From Eledone cirrhosa (taxonomy: Eukaryota): a DNA stretch of 64,000 nucleotides. Position numbers and translations under genes: made by a program. The DNA is taken from NCBI GenBank assembly GCA_964016885.1, contig OZ024741.1, positions 130,758,001 to 130,822,000 on the forward strand. Reading direction: 5' to 3'. The notes under the pieces are model-generated. The model had not been told where the DNA came from and made no database searches. It worked only from the letters and a program-made list of their open reading frames with translations. Below, piece after piece: positions 12,208-25,595 of this stretch (the stretch's first letter is position 1; each line of letters begins with the position of its first letter).

Positions 12208-14216
12208 TTACGTTACTTCTCGTAGGGGAAGGACGGTTTTTCCATCCTTTTCACTGCTTGTGGCCTCCTCAGGAAGGATGTCCTTATAAATCCTCCTGGA
12301 GAGTGCTTGTCGGAAGTCTCCGATGTCATTGGGGAATTTTTTTTTTAGTGTCATGTACGTTTTCTGTGTGATGCGAGTGATTTGTATGTGTGGAGGTGGT
12401 GTGAATTTTGGGGTTGTTGTGTAGTCTTTTTCTGTTATGCTGGTGTTGTGTTGGATGTAGTGTAATAATTGCTTGTTGTTCAAATTTAATGCTGTGTAGT
12501 GTGTATCGTTTTGGTTGTTTTGTTTTGTTTGCGTTCGTTGTGGGTTTGTTTCTGTTTCGCATTTTGGTGACTTTTGTGGTGTAGGTGATGGTGGTGTTGG
12601 GGTTAATGATGCTGATGGTGTTGGTGTTTGGGTTGATGGGGTTGGTGATGCTGGTGTGGATGGTGGCATATCTGTCCTAACTTTTTTGTTTGTTAATTTA
12701 TTTGTTTCCCTCTGTATTTTGTTTTTGGAGGGGGAAGGAAGAGAACTTTTTCTTTTTTGGTTTCTTTTTTTTTTTCCGGATATCGTTTCCCACTCCTCGT
12801 CGTCACAATCTGTCTCCAGTTGTGATAGGCCGGGGAGTGGAAAATCCTCCACAGGCGTTAGTTTTGGTTGTGGCGTGGTGGATGGTGTAGGCGGTGGTGC
12901 TAGTTCTGAAGCGTTGGGTAGTGGTGGTGTTGGTTTTGCTGGTGGTGGTGGTGGTGTTGGTTTTGCTACTGTTGTTGGGGTTGTTGCTGTTATAGTTGCT
13001 TCTGTTGTTGCTGCTACAGTTGTTGCTGCCATCTCTGCTACTGGTGGTGTTGATGGTTGTGTCACTGGGGTGGGTAGGAGAGGTGGCCTCAACCTTTTAG
13101 CCTGAGGGCAGAAAGCCCTTAGGTGGGTTCCTTCACCACAAACGACACACCTAGGTCTTCTGCCCTCGACAATTACCGTGAGGTGGCTGCCGTCAGTGAG
13201 GTCTATTACCTCTGGGATCTCCTCAATGCTTTTTTGGTCCGCTTGGATCAGGAGCTCCATCCCAGATCCAGACCAGTTCTCCTGCTTTTCTTTTGCTATT
13301 GCTATTATTTTTGTGTTGGCTTCGATGCCGGCGAGGACGGCCGCTATTAGCTAGGGAATTTTGATGGCCGGTGGAACGTGGGTCACCCTGATCTTTACGA
13401 GTCTCTGGCCACAATAGCTTGGGACGAGTGTGAAGTCGTCACTTTTTAATGGGGCCATGGAGTGTTCTCTAGCCTCCTCTGGTGTTTCAAAGAACACGTC
13501 CACGGTTCCATACGTTTGCCCACGTCTGATGTGGGTTTTTCTTGCCCACACATGTCCCAAAGCTTTTTGGATTTGGGACTCGGATGCCCGTTCCACTCGG
13601 CGCGATTTTACATTTATTGTTCGATACGACACTGTGCATAGGCGCCGATGCTCCATTTTATTAGGTGTGTGTGTGTGGGGGGGGGGGTGAGGCTGACCCT
13701 GTACCCATCTTTCTTTACCATTTGTTTGGCATTTTCTAAATCCTCCTGAGTTACCGTAAATGCTTCGAACTGTTTTGCTACTCTGGCGAAACTGAGGGTG
13801 GTTTTTATAATGTCATTGTTGTTGTTGTTGCTATCGTTATTTGTGTTAATATTAATTTTAGTTTCAGTTGTGGTGGTGGTGACGTCAGTCGTCTTTGGTG
13901 GGGAAGAGTCCATTTTGCTTGATTTCATTTCGACATCACGAGTTAATTTATTTTTTTCTTCTTTTGTTTCTGTTGTCGCGGTGGTGGTGGGGGTGGTGGT
14001 TGTCGCGGTGGTGGTGGTGGTGGAGGCTTTAACACCTGCAGTCATTGGTAATGGCGGGAAATGAATGTCTGCCTGAGACAAATTTAAAATATTGCTACTG
14101 CTTATATTTTTTGTAGTGTTGGCAAACGTAGTAACATTTACAATGGTGGTGTCGGTGTGAGGTGTTAATTTGTGAGGAAGGCTTTCAGCTGCTTGGTGCA
14201 GAGGTGAATTAGCCAT
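12208..14216 (-). pseudogene. LINE ORF1 (gag-like nucleic-acid-binding protein), disrupted
   Basis: Three ORF-track pieces join across a frameshift in the G run at ~13677-13688 and an in-frame TAG at 13351-13353. Contains the CX2CX4HX4C knuckle CVVCGEGTHLRAFC, Pro/Thr-rich tracts and a basic KKKRNQKRK patch. Confidence 0.82.
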
Positions 14217-14428
14217 TTTTTTCAAAGAAATTTTTTGATAATAATAAAAGTTTAAATTTTGGGCACAAGGCCCCAATCTTTTTGGGTGTCCTTTTCGGAA
14301 AACAATGTATGTGCGCTTATATATGGTTAACAATAAAAATTTTCCATAAATGGCAATTTTTAACAAACGGAAATAACAAATCTTTGCGGAGCTCACGATG
14401 ATACGAACGATTTACTACGTAGGTCGCC

Positions 14429-14459
<31 letters not shown>

Positions 14460-14461
<2 letters not shown>

Positions 14462-14704
14462 GCCATGAAGTCAAAGTGGTCCCGATTGTCATAGGCGCAC
14501 TAGGTACTATCTCAAAAAGTTTCCTGGGATGGTTAAAGAAAATTGGCCCCGCCACGCTTTTTGGGATGCTTCAAAAGGCATGCTTGCTGGGAACAGCAAG
14601 AACCCTCCGATACGTCCTGAATATCTGAGGCTGCAGGTAGTGGCTTGATATTCATTTCAACAAACTTTCCAGTTAACTAACATCAATGACTGAGACTCAA
14701 AGAA
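14460..14704 (+). mobile_element. 5'-truncated 3' end of a Dong/R4-like LINE in (AAT)n
   Basis: Translates to VKVVPIVIGALGTISK...LQKACLLGTARTLRYVLNI*, a typical R4/Dong C-terminus, followed by a short 3' UTR; (AAT)n on both sides. Confidence 0.82.
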
Positions 14705-14722
14705 CAATAATAATAATAATAA

Positions 14723-14908
14723 TAATTGTTTCTACATTTGGCGCAAGGCCAGCAATTACCCAGTGCATTACTGGTACTTTATTTTATCGACCCCGTAAGG
14801 ATGAAAGGTAAAGTTAACCTCGGCGGGATTTTAACTCAGAATGGCAAGGGCTATAACTCTGTGAGTCAAAGCATGTCGTCCGACCCTCTACCGATACTGC
14901 CAATCCAT
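14723..14908 (-). mobile_element. tRNA-derived SINE family 1 (short subfamily)
   Basis: The reverse complement has A/B-box-like motifs, the core ctttcatccttacggggtcgataaaataaagtaccag and the tail ggccttgcgccaaatgtagaaaca(att)n. More than 15 copies occur in the window. Confidence 0.88.
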
Positions 14909-15395
14909 AATATACAGAAATCCTCCTTCACAGTTCCCACAAAATTCCCACAAAAAACCTTGGTATATTGGTATATCTGTCTAAAATATTTAGAATACTG
15001 TTTAGAATGTTCAACTACAAAATGTCATTCTTGTCTTTAAAAAAGCAGTAACATTTTTCTCCTCAGCATGCAGTCACGACATTGTGACTTCGTGATGTCA
15101 GAGAAGTTACAGTAGGAAATAGCCAACCAGAGGGGGTAATATATTCTTTCTCTTCTTTCTGTCTCGGGTTTTGTTTTACCCCACTCCGCCTCCTCTCACT
15201 TTCTCTTGTATGGTTATCTGAATCCCCCTTCTCTCTCTCCCCCTCTCTCACTATCTTAATATCCTTCGCACTTTTCATGCTTCTTGTCCTCCACTCTCTC
15301 TCGTATCTTTCTGAGTATATATATATATGTATATATATGTGTGTATATATATATATATATAAACTCAATCACACACATACACACATATATATATG

Positions 15396-15475
<80 letters not shown>

Positions 15476-15493
15476 ATATATATATGTATTTTA

Positions 15494-15569
<76 letters not shown>

Positions 15570-15654
15570 AAAAGGTAAACAGAAATAACAACACAATCGG
15601 TACAGTATATGGAAGGTATATATTAGGTTAACGCTTGATATACCAGGAAGAGAG

Positions 15655-15690
15655 TCTTAACCTTTCGGACACTAATCCTTCATCAGAAGA
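15655..15690 (-). ncRNA. Minimal type I hammerhead ribozyme motif (Penelope-type)
   Basis: Minus strand reads UCUU-CUGAUGA-a-GGA-uuagug-UCC-GAAA-gg-UU-AAGA. Helix I and helix II pair; helix III is minimal. Confidence 0.55.
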
Positions 15691-15929
15691 AAGAATGAGA
15701 AATAAAATAGATTAAGGGGACGGGCGGAATGGAAATGGAAAAAATGTCTTTAGATAAAAATAATAGGTCCATTCATGTTGACATCTCTCTATGTATGTAT
15801 ATATACATATTGAAATGGTAGTTGGTGAAGTAATAAATAAGGGAATATTCAATATGGTGGCTGCCAACTCGTTTTCGAGTACGGCCACTAATTTATATCC
15901 ATGTAGGAGAACCCCTACCGATGCGCTGA

Positions 15930-16460
15930 ACGAGTGTGACTTTTTAGTCCAGCCAGCCACTTGAAAACTCTGGTACAAACACTACACTTGAGACAATTAT
16001 TGACACATCGTTCTGGGCCCATGGTACCATGTGACGACAAGTGCAGAGAGATCTCCATATATAAAGCAATGCCAGTGCCGTGAAGCTTTTATAGTGAGCA
16101 AAGGCACTGCACAAAGCCAGTCCCACTCTCTTAACCAAGATGATATTTACCAAAAAGAAGAACAAGTCAACATCATTGGATACCATCAGGGTTGCAGGTG
16201 TTATATCAGAGTTTTCCTTCTCCTAGAATTCTGCCTTGACAAAGGCTAAGGGGTCATCTCTCCCGGTGATTTTGGATGGCCATTGACTCTTAAGAGCTCC
16301 TTTGCCCTTTGACAGGTTTTGTTTTTAATCCTGCATGATATCCAAAGTCACCCTCCTCACCAAGAAACCTTGGTGGGGTTGCCAGTTTAGTCGCCAATGA
16401 CCCGACCATGAGACAGGGTGTACTGGGATACATGTTACCAGTATCACTAACTGGTGACCT
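15930..16460 (-). mobile_element. RTE-like LINE 5' region (related copies at ~36050-36380 and ~63640-63860)
   Basis: The block tttagtcgcc...cgaccatga...acatgttaccagta is shared by three loci; the minus strand has aggagaaggaaaactctga, typical of RTE 5' UTRs. Confidence 0.6.
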
Positions 16461-16650
16461 GACACAACATTCAATACAGACTTGTGTTAATTGTATATAA
16501 ACTGAATTCGTTTTCTCGAAACTTGAGACACACACAACAACAATTATCAAACGAAAGTTGTCTTATTTCCACATTCGATTTTATTAGATTTAAATTGCAG
16601 CAGGCCTACTTCTGTTGTGGCTATCATTTTCATTATTAGTTAATTTCTAA

Positions 16651-17094
16651 GGGCAGTGGATTGGTAGTAACGGTAGAACGTCAGACAACATACTTTTTGG
16701 CATATAGCTACGTCCCTTTACGTTCTGAGTTCAAATCCCACCGAGGTTAGCTTTGCCTTTCATCCTTAACGGGTCGATAAAATAAAGTACCAGTAATGCA
16801 CTGGGGTCGATTTAATCGACTTTCCCTTCCCCACCAAATTGTTGTCTTAGTGCCTGAATCAGAACCCATTATTAGTTGGTTTCTAAGGGCAATGGATTGG
16901 CAGTATCAGTAGAGCGTCAGACATGTTTTGTGGTATATAGTTACATCCCTTTACTTTCTGAATTCAAATCCTGCCGAGTTTAGCCTTGCCTTTCATCTGT
17001 ACGGGGTCGATAAGATAAAGCACAGGTAATTCACTGGAGCCAATTTAACGGCTCCCTCGCCAAATTGTTTACCTTGTGCCTAAATCACAAACCA
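16651..17094 (+). mobile_element. Two tandem SINE family 1 copies (long subfamily)
   Basis: Two full heads, cores and tails; the flanking motif attattagttggtttctaa is present three times (~16632, ~16868, ~17094). Confidence 0.88.
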
Positions 17095-17229
17095 TTATTA
17101 CTTGGTTTCTAATGATGTATTAAGGTACTTTCGATAGTTCATTTACTCCCAGATTTTAGTTTTCGGCTCTTGATGAATTTTATGTACATCAGAAGATATT
17201 GTTGTGGCCGGATTTAGCTGATCAGCAAA

Positions 17230-17850
17230 GTATTCTCTCCACTTCGCAAGGATGCATCTCTCTTCAGAGAGAACTCCTAGCCAGTTCTTGATAGCAAGCG
17301 TGGAAATGGACTTCTTATTACGTCAGCGGAATATTATATTTGCTGATCTAAAGTCGGATTCCATTACTTTGTTCTACTTTTTAATTGGTTGACAGTGTTG
17401 TTGTTTATTTCTCTATCATTTGTCGAACCTGTTTTTTCCTAAATTTATTTATATGCATATCGTTTCCTATCCTCCTTTTCAATAGCTGTTCTCACTGTCT
17501 GTCGATTGAATGATGACACCCCACTTTGCTAAATCATTTCCTTTTTATTTGTTTATCATTAATTTACTAGTGGGTTCAGTTGTTATCCTGTATCTGTCTG
17601 TGAAGTACGTTAATTATATCCTGTTTTGCCGAAGTTGCTCTTCGTATATTTTTATTTTAATCTGAATTCATTAATGATGGGGCTACATTGTATATCTAAT
17701 GCCTGTAAACTGACATTTCTTTTTTTTGTGCTTTAATGTGGTTTGTTATTCTGAATGTTGATGGCATTGTTGCTCGTTTAATAACTTTTGTATCTTTAAA
17801 TGAGGGAGTGTCCATGAGCCTTTATATTTTCGAGGCATCTGTGACTGGCA
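17230..17850 (-). mobile_element. Highly degraded Penelope-like 3' remnant
   Basis: Composition resembles a GIY-YIG region and ends in a degenerate hammerhead (UUCUCU-CUGAAGA...GAAG...AGAGAA at ~17233-17273). Support is weak. Confidence 0.35.
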
Positions 17851-18180
17851 GCGAGAAGAGAGGATGTTCTCCATGAACTGGAGATATAAACCAAACGATC
17901 AGAAGAGCATGATCATCGCTAAAGGATCACCAGGACAAGATGGTGGTGTTCAACGAAGCGATAGATATAGTCTGCCAATAAAGAACTCAGAATGCAGAGT
18001 GTCGCAACAGATATGGAAAGGAATCACGTTCGGTGTTCTAACAATTATCCTATTTTTCTCCCCAACATATATCCAACGAGTGCAACTTTATCCTTCACTC
18101 ATGAAAAGATGCTCTCAATAGAATTTGAACTCAGCATATTACTTCTCTTGACCTATCATATTTTTTGGCGTTTTTATATA

Positions 18181-18590
<410 letters not shown>

Positions 18591-18648
<58 letters not shown>

Positions 18649-18678
18649 TCTCTCCCTCTCTCTCCCTCTCTCTCTCTA

Positions 18679-18713
<35 letters not shown>

Positions 18714-18741
18714 GAATTTATATATATATATATTATATATA

Positions 18742-18821
<80 letters not shown>

Positions 18822-18896
18822 ATATATATAAGAATATATATATATAAATTTATATATATATATATAATATATATATATATATGTATATATATATAA

Positions 18897-18981
<85 letters not shown>

Positions 18982-19002
18982 GTATATATGTATATATAAG
19001 AA

Positions 19003-19043
<41 letters not shown>

Positions 19044-19069
19044 TTATATATATATATTTATATAAATAT

Positions 19070-19145
<76 letters not shown>
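18591..19145. repeat. (TC)n followed by a long imperfect (TA)n tract
   Basis: Directly visible. Confidence 0.95.
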
Positions 19146-19273
19146 TTATATAAGATCATAAGTTTGCCCGTGAGAAAATATCTTCAATGAATGAATGAAT
19201 GTATACACCCATACATGCACATACACATACACAGACAGACAGACAGACACACACACACACACACACACACACA

Positions 19274-19320
<47 letters not shown>

Positions 19321-20275
19321 TATATATATATATTCAATCATAGCTAACAGCAAGAGAATAAATGAAGTCACCAGACGGAAAGAAAAAAAGGCGGCCAGCA
19401 AAATAAAATGGCTGCGGTTTGGGTACCATTGCTATAATCTTCTGATAGGTTAGTAAGAGAACGCAATTTTCTCATTCTAATTATTGTGGTGCTGAAAAGG
19501 AGAGAAGTAATTGGGTGATGTAGTGTATGTGTGTAGGTAGTGGGGCTAGGTTAAATGGAGGTGGGTAATTCTTACCGCTAAATCTTCAGACGCTTTGACA
19601 TTTGAAAATAAGCCGGTGACATTAACTTTTATAAGCTAATCACTTTGTGGCAGGGTGTGTATCTTGTATGGAACAATGTTGAAATCTTAAGAGGTTCTCT
19701 GGCTGGTTGTACGTCTGTCTGTCTGTCTGCTTATAAGTTGTCTGTCTGGCTGTATGTATATGTGTATCTACGCATGTACGTACGTACGTACGTATGTATG
19801 TATGTATGTATATATGTATGTATGTATATATGTATGTATTTACGTTTGTATGTACATATGTATGTATGCATGTATTTATATATGTATCTATGTATGTATG
19901 CACTTATGTATGTATGTATGTATGTATGTATGTATGTATGTATGTATGTATGTATAGTGTCTGGTTGACTGCTTTGTTCACTGTTTTATGAGTTGGTTGG
20001 CTGAGTGGTTGGATGGCTGTGAATTTGTACGCATATACTTCGAAGGTGGCGCCCTTTTAACAATTTAGTTTTTATCTTATTAATCTCTAGTGGGATACAA
20101 GTTGAGTCATATATCTTACTAGTTCGATTATTTAAACCTTATTGCGTAACCTGAGTGGGTTCTCAGGGATCAATACTTTATTCGTTTAATCAGCCAGTGT
20201 TTTAATCCATATGCCCAGTCCCGTGTAGTGCTGGTGACCGCAAGTATCTGGGGAAGATAAATCACGCCGATATGA

Positions 20276-20535
20276 TGCATCATCATCATCATGTTCCCTT
20301 AACACCTTTTCCGGTCGTTGGGACATTGCAGTACCGAACACTACACATACTTCCGCCATCTCTGGGGCTCATGGGCGAGTGCTTAGGTTGTGGCAAAGTT
20401 CTTCCCCGTCTAGTCATCTATGTTGTCAGTCCACCGCTTCCTCAGTCTGCTCTACATTTTATTCCCCTACACTGTCCCTTGGAAAATCGTCTTATTGAGT
20501 CCATCCGATCTTATCACACGCACAAACCACCTCAT
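20276..20535 (-). mobile_element. RTE-like LINE 3' fragment with a (GAT)n tail
   Basis: The minus strand encodes a ...QGTV.G..CRAD.G..WTDNI-like C-terminus, and (cat)n lies at 20278-20292. Confidence 0.55.
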
Positions 20536-20999
20536 TGATACAACAACAAACAAATCAACATACCTCTACTAGTTTCATTATGAGTGTTGCTGTTATTTGA
20601 TAAACGAAATAATCTGCTCGTAAATTTAACATGCAAATGGCTGAGTATCCTGCAGACTCATGTACTCTTAACTTAGTTCTCAGGGAGATTCAATAAGAGT
20701 TAGTAGGTGAGAAAAGTTTGTCTTTTTGACGGTTTCTAAGGAGTTTCCGTGAAAGTAGTTTCACCTACAAGGCTTGAGTTGATCAGAAACTATGGTAAAT
20801 GACGCCGTCTAAAGATATCTTATAGTAGATTCGAACCCAGGACTTAATGATTGGGAAGCAAACCTCTGAATTCTTCGGGTATGTGATGTCAATCTAAGTC
20901 AGTATGATGTCATGGAATTTCGTGTTTTTTTCCACGACACAAATCACAGCTCCAAATATATGTAAGTTTCATAATGACACTGATCTTGGAACACAAAAA

Positions 21000-21165
21000 T
21001 AATTGTTTCTACTTTTGGCACAAGGCCAGCTATTAACCAGTACATTACAGGTACTTTATTTTATCGACCCCATAAGGATGAAAGGCGGGATTTGAACTCA
21101 GACCGGAAAGGGACGTAACTATGCTAGAAAGGATGGCGTCCAACCTTCTACCGATACTGCCAATG
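21000..21165 (-). mobile_element. SINE family 1 copy
   Basis: Same tail and core as the 14723 copy, with an internal deletion. Confidence 0.85.
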
Positions 21166-21448
21166 AACATAGAACACATAGAATACTAGTCGAACACGTG
21201 AAAATCTCCTGTTTAATACGAAACAACCACCGAGCATTAGAGCTCTAACTATCATGTGTTTTATTTATAAACCTCTCTCTCACACACACACACACACACA
21301 CATACACATATATATATATATACCTAGTTGCGACCGATAGATAGTATTAGCAATTGGAAAGACCAATGGAAACATTGTTTCTTCTCTCCGATTTGACGAA
21401 AGTCGACCGTTCCTTCTTTATATATATATTATATATATATATATATAT

Positions 21449-21720
21449 TAGAAAGTGAGGATTTTTTTACAAAATGAAAAAAAAACGAGGTGTCCTACAC
21501 GAGTGAAAGTATAAGGAAAATAGATGAAATCTAAAATGCAACTGGAGTCTTTTTTAAATAAAATATATTTATTTGGTTGCTTTACCGGTTTCGTAGTTCT
21601 GCTTTTCAAAAGTAGAATTGAGATGAAGCGTTTGTGGTTTTTGCGAGAAAAACCACAAACCCTCCATCTCAATATTTAAAAAAAAAAGACTCCAGTTGCA
21701 TTTTCGATTTCAGCTTTTTT

Positions 21721-21727
<7 letters not shown>
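21449..21727 (-). mobile_element. (TA)n-flanked mini-element with a ~50-bp inverted repeat (Penelope-type end structure)
   Basis: 21510-21560 is inverted at 21672-21727. The interior has a hairpin followed by GAAACCGGUA (hammerhead 3' half) but lacks CUGANGA. Confidence 0.5.
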
Positions 21728-21765
<38 letters not shown>

Positions 21766-22155
21766 AATAATATATATCGTCTTAATTACATATGTAGACA
21801 CAAAAATTACATTACATTGAACAAATGTCTGAAACTGCCAAAATACAATATTTTACTCATTTGTTACTATCACTCCCACTCCACATAATCATCACCCCCT
21901 AATACCACAGCCAGCGCCGCAACCCGTTTACTGATATATCGAGGATGAACAAAGAATCATTGCTTAAAATCAAATTACCATAATATATTCTTGCCATCTG
22001 TTGATATTGTCTGTTGTGGTATAAACTAACTTATAATATCCTCATGAATATTTGGGACAACACAGCCAAACCATAAGGCACCTTAAATAATTTATAATCG
22101 ACTAATGGAAGACTACTACCCATTATATATTAACTTTTATTATGAAAGTGTTATA

Positions 22156-22715
22156 GGGCCGAAGATTGGAAGTATCAGTAGAGGGTCCGACAACAAGCTT
22201 TACGATATATACTTACGACCCTTTACATTCTGAGTTCAAATACCGCCGAGGTTAGCTTTGCTATATTCCTTACAGGATCGATAAAATAAAATAATGTACT
22301 GGGGTGGATTTAATCGACTTTCCCCCAAAATTGATGCCTTGTGCCTAAATCAGCAACCATTATGAAAGAGGGCAGTGTATTAGCAGTATTGGCATATAGT
22401 TACGCCCCTTTACGTTCTGAGTTCAAATCCCAACGGTGTTAGCTTTGCCTTTCATCTTTATAGGGTCGATGAAACAAATAATAGTAACGTGCTCGGATAG
22501 ATTTAATCGACTTTCCCTTCTCTAAAAATGGCTGGCCTTTTGCCAAAATCAAAAACCATTATGAAAGTGTTATATTTTGTATATCAGCGAATTGACAGAG
22601 TCGTTAGGATGTAGGATTAACAATGCTTCTGTGTTGTTCCTGCACTCTAAATTAAAATCCAGCCGAGGTCACCTTTGCCTTTCATCCTTTCAAGTTCGAT
22701 AAATTAAGTACCAAT
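22156..22715 (+). mobile_element. Cluster of three SINE family 1 copies
   Basis: Three cores; the flank attatgaaag(tgttata) is repeated at ~22139, ~22360 and ~22558. Confidence 0.85.
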
Positions 22716-23720
22716 CTTTATTTCTCTAAACAAAAAAGAAATCGGATGTGTACTGAACTGGAGTATGATGCGTTTCGCGAGGTTTTAAAATGCCGAGTGT
22801 CATAACAGCGCCCGCTCTAATCTATGAATTGTTAACGCTCTTTTCTATCGTGTATATTGTTAACATTTTATAGAAAAACGATCATAGACTTTTCTCTGAT
22901 ACGGAAAGCCAACGTAGAAAAATAGTACGAAAAAGCTATTTAGGATATAATAGCAAAAAAAAAAAAAAAATGAAATAAGCTATAAAATAAGAAAAATTAT
23001 CGCCATTAAATCAATGACTGGAAACATATTTATCTTTGGCATGCACACATCTCCTGCGCTAGACATGAAACTCTCTTAAGAATAGTTCGTCTACCTTAAG
23101 CTCGGAAGATGGAGGCGGTGTCCAGGTTGTTGGTGTTGCACCTGAAGTGTAACCGTCTAAAGACTTGGTAATAAATAGTTTCAAGCATGGAGCTGGTGAA
23201 TATTCCTTGGCTGTTGCGGCTAGACGACTGGTGAAAATGGACTATTAAAAAACGTAACCAATGTAGCAGACTTTCGTCTAGAGGACGTTAAATGCACAAT
23301 AAGACTACATATGATGATTAACAAACACACACTTGGAAAATCCGACAGACCCAAATTTCTGCATGGTGAGATGAATAAATAGGGTTCATAAAATTTGCTG
23401 ATGCAAAAAGCATACTAAAAATACTCAGGGCTAGACAAGATTTTCAATTTATCTACATATTTACAGAGAAGTTACATAGGTCTGGTAAAGGATTCTCGTT
23501 TGGATCAGCGTTTTGAAAAAGATAAGAAAACATGCTAAATTTTCAAGAATTTCAATTCAAACAAATTCAGAATAAGGCGAATAAGTTTCGATTCTTCATC
23601 CAAGAACATGGTTACTACACATTAGAAGCTAAACTCGAAACTCTATGCAATGTATGTCAAAGAATACAGATTTCTATTTTTTAAATGTCTAATCTGATGA
23701 TATAATGAGTAAATGAAGTA

Positions 23721-23769
23721 CCAGTAATACACTGGAATAATTGCTGGCCTTGTGCCAAATGTAGAAATA
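23721..23769 (+). mobile_element. 5'-truncated SINE family 1 tail with target-site duplication
   Basis: ataatgagtaaatgaagta occurs at 23702-23720 and 23770-23788, flanking ccagtaatacactgg...ccttgtgccaaatgtagaaata. Confidence 0.85.
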
Positions 23770-23899
23770 ATAATGAGTAAATGAAGTAATTAGAATACAT
23801 GAACATGAAAGACTGAGAGATGATGAGGCATAGAGGGGCAGAGGAGGAGAATGAAGAAAACGAAGGTGATGGGAGGGTAGTTTATTCAGAAAGCAGGGA

Positions 23900-24340
23900 A
23901 ATATATGACTGACGGTACGGAAGGTGGCCATCCTAATGATGATTCTGACCTGTATAGAAACAATCCTTCTGTACAGTTCAGAGTTGTGGATGTTGAGTGC
24001 TGTTCGCTGTAAGAGACTCGAGGGTACATACACTAGAATGCTACGCTCGGCATACATCTCCCGGAGACGCTATCCAACAAACAAGTCTATGTATGGCTCC
24101 TTGCCTAACATCCCTGATGTTGTGAAGCGCTGTCGTCTGGCATTTGCCGGCCATGTCAATAGCCATGATGAACACGCTGGTAGATTGCTTCTCTGAATTC
24201 CGGACGCAAAGAGATGTGCGGGACGGTCGTATATCACTTTGAAATCAATCATAGAGACAGATACAGACCTCAAAGGCACGAATCTGCATTGCTGCAATGG
24301 TCGTCCGAAGACTCTGGAGCTCGAATGTTGTCAATGCCTC
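23900..24340 (+). mobile_element. RTE/RTEX-like LINE ORF 3' remnant
   Basis: Translates to ETILLYSSELW...RLEGTYTRMLRSA...RLAFAGHV. Confidence 0.75.
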
Positions 24341-24505
24341 AAGACGTTGAATAACCCAAGAAGAAGTTGTACGAAATCGAAATGATCTCCACCAAGAGGT
24401 GGCTACCAAAGGAGATATATGCTTTTTTTCGTTTGGCCTTCGACCTCTCTGTTTTCACTTTCCCGTGGGCAATGCTTTCCTTATGTAAGTGTGAATATAT
24501 ATATA

Positions 24506-24570
<65 letters not shown>

Positions 24571-24740
24571 CGTACATACATATATGTATAGAGAGATAGA
24601 GAGTAGGTGGAGTGGGGAATTGAACAAACGAATGTTATTAACTGACAAAAATTACATTTTCAGATAGGAAGAACTGTAATGTATGAGAGTTGATGGATTT
24701 TTAAACTGTTTCCGTTTCAGAGTAACATTAATAATGACGA

Positions 24741-24814
<74 letters not shown>

Positions 24815-24979
24815 TTACTGTTGCTCCTGCTGCTGCAGCCGCCACTGCTGCTTTTTCTGTTGCTGCTGTTTGGCGATAGTGATGATTATAAGAATGAATA
24901 ATATAACAACGAAACGTGTAAAAGGAAGGAAAGAAAGAGAGGGATAAAAGAATGGAGAGATAGATGAATAGATAGATGA

Positions 24980-25026
<47 letters not shown>

Positions 25027-25062
25027 TATAGATAGATAGGTAGATATATAGATAGATAGATA
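24741..25062. repeat. (CTA)n and (GATA)n microsatellites
   Basis: Directly visible. Confidence 0.9.
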
Positions 25063-25487
25063 GGGAGGGAAGGGGCAGAACGAGAGAGAGATAAGGAGAG
25101 CGAAAAAGGAAGAGCAAGGCGCAAGTTTAGAAGAGAAGAGGTGGAGGTTATAGTGAAGGAAGAGTACTGATAAAGATGATGAGGGAATTCCTGTAGAAAA
25201 TGGTGTCCAAAGGAAACTGAAAGCTTTTTTGATAATAGTATCACTTTGTTCTCTGGCTAGGGATTGGGACGTTGTCTGTGTTATATCCGGAGTATATACA
25301 GTTGACACTGGCTAGCAGTCTTTCTCTCTCTCTCTTTCTACTGGTTCGATTCCCGCATGAGATTCTCTGCTCATTTTCCCACTCCAGCTCTACTTTACCC
25401 TACGTATTCAAATATAGTTTATAGTTATCAAATACTAGTTATATTTATCGGCATTGTGCCTAACATTTTAATACATACATACATACA

Positions 25488-25520
<33 letters not shown>

Positions 25521-25522
<2 letters not shown>

Positions 25523-25595
25523 TTCATTCTGACGATTGAAGTCAAACGTCTGTGTCAGGCTCGTCTGTCTTCATGAAACCTTTGGTAAATGAAAT
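25521..25595 (+). ncRNA. Type I hammerhead ribozyme with a canonical core; predicted cleavage after GUA (A25587)
   Basis: Helix I AUUUCAUU/AAUGAAAU (8 bp); CUGACGA; extended helix II (UGAAG/CUUCA, ACG/CGU, UCUG/CAGG); GAAA; helix III ACC-uuu-GGU; then A. Confidence 0.8.

Larger units (their letters stand above)
8512..14428 (-). mobile_element. Full-length (~5.9 kb) Tx1/L1-clade LINE inserted in (AAT)n
   Basis: Contains a 5' UTR, ORF1 with a CCHC knuckle, and ORF2 with APE, RT and a C-terminal Cys motif. The 3' UTR ends ...ccttgtggttAATAAAgaaatc-(att)n, and there is (AAT)n on both sides. Confidence 0.93.
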
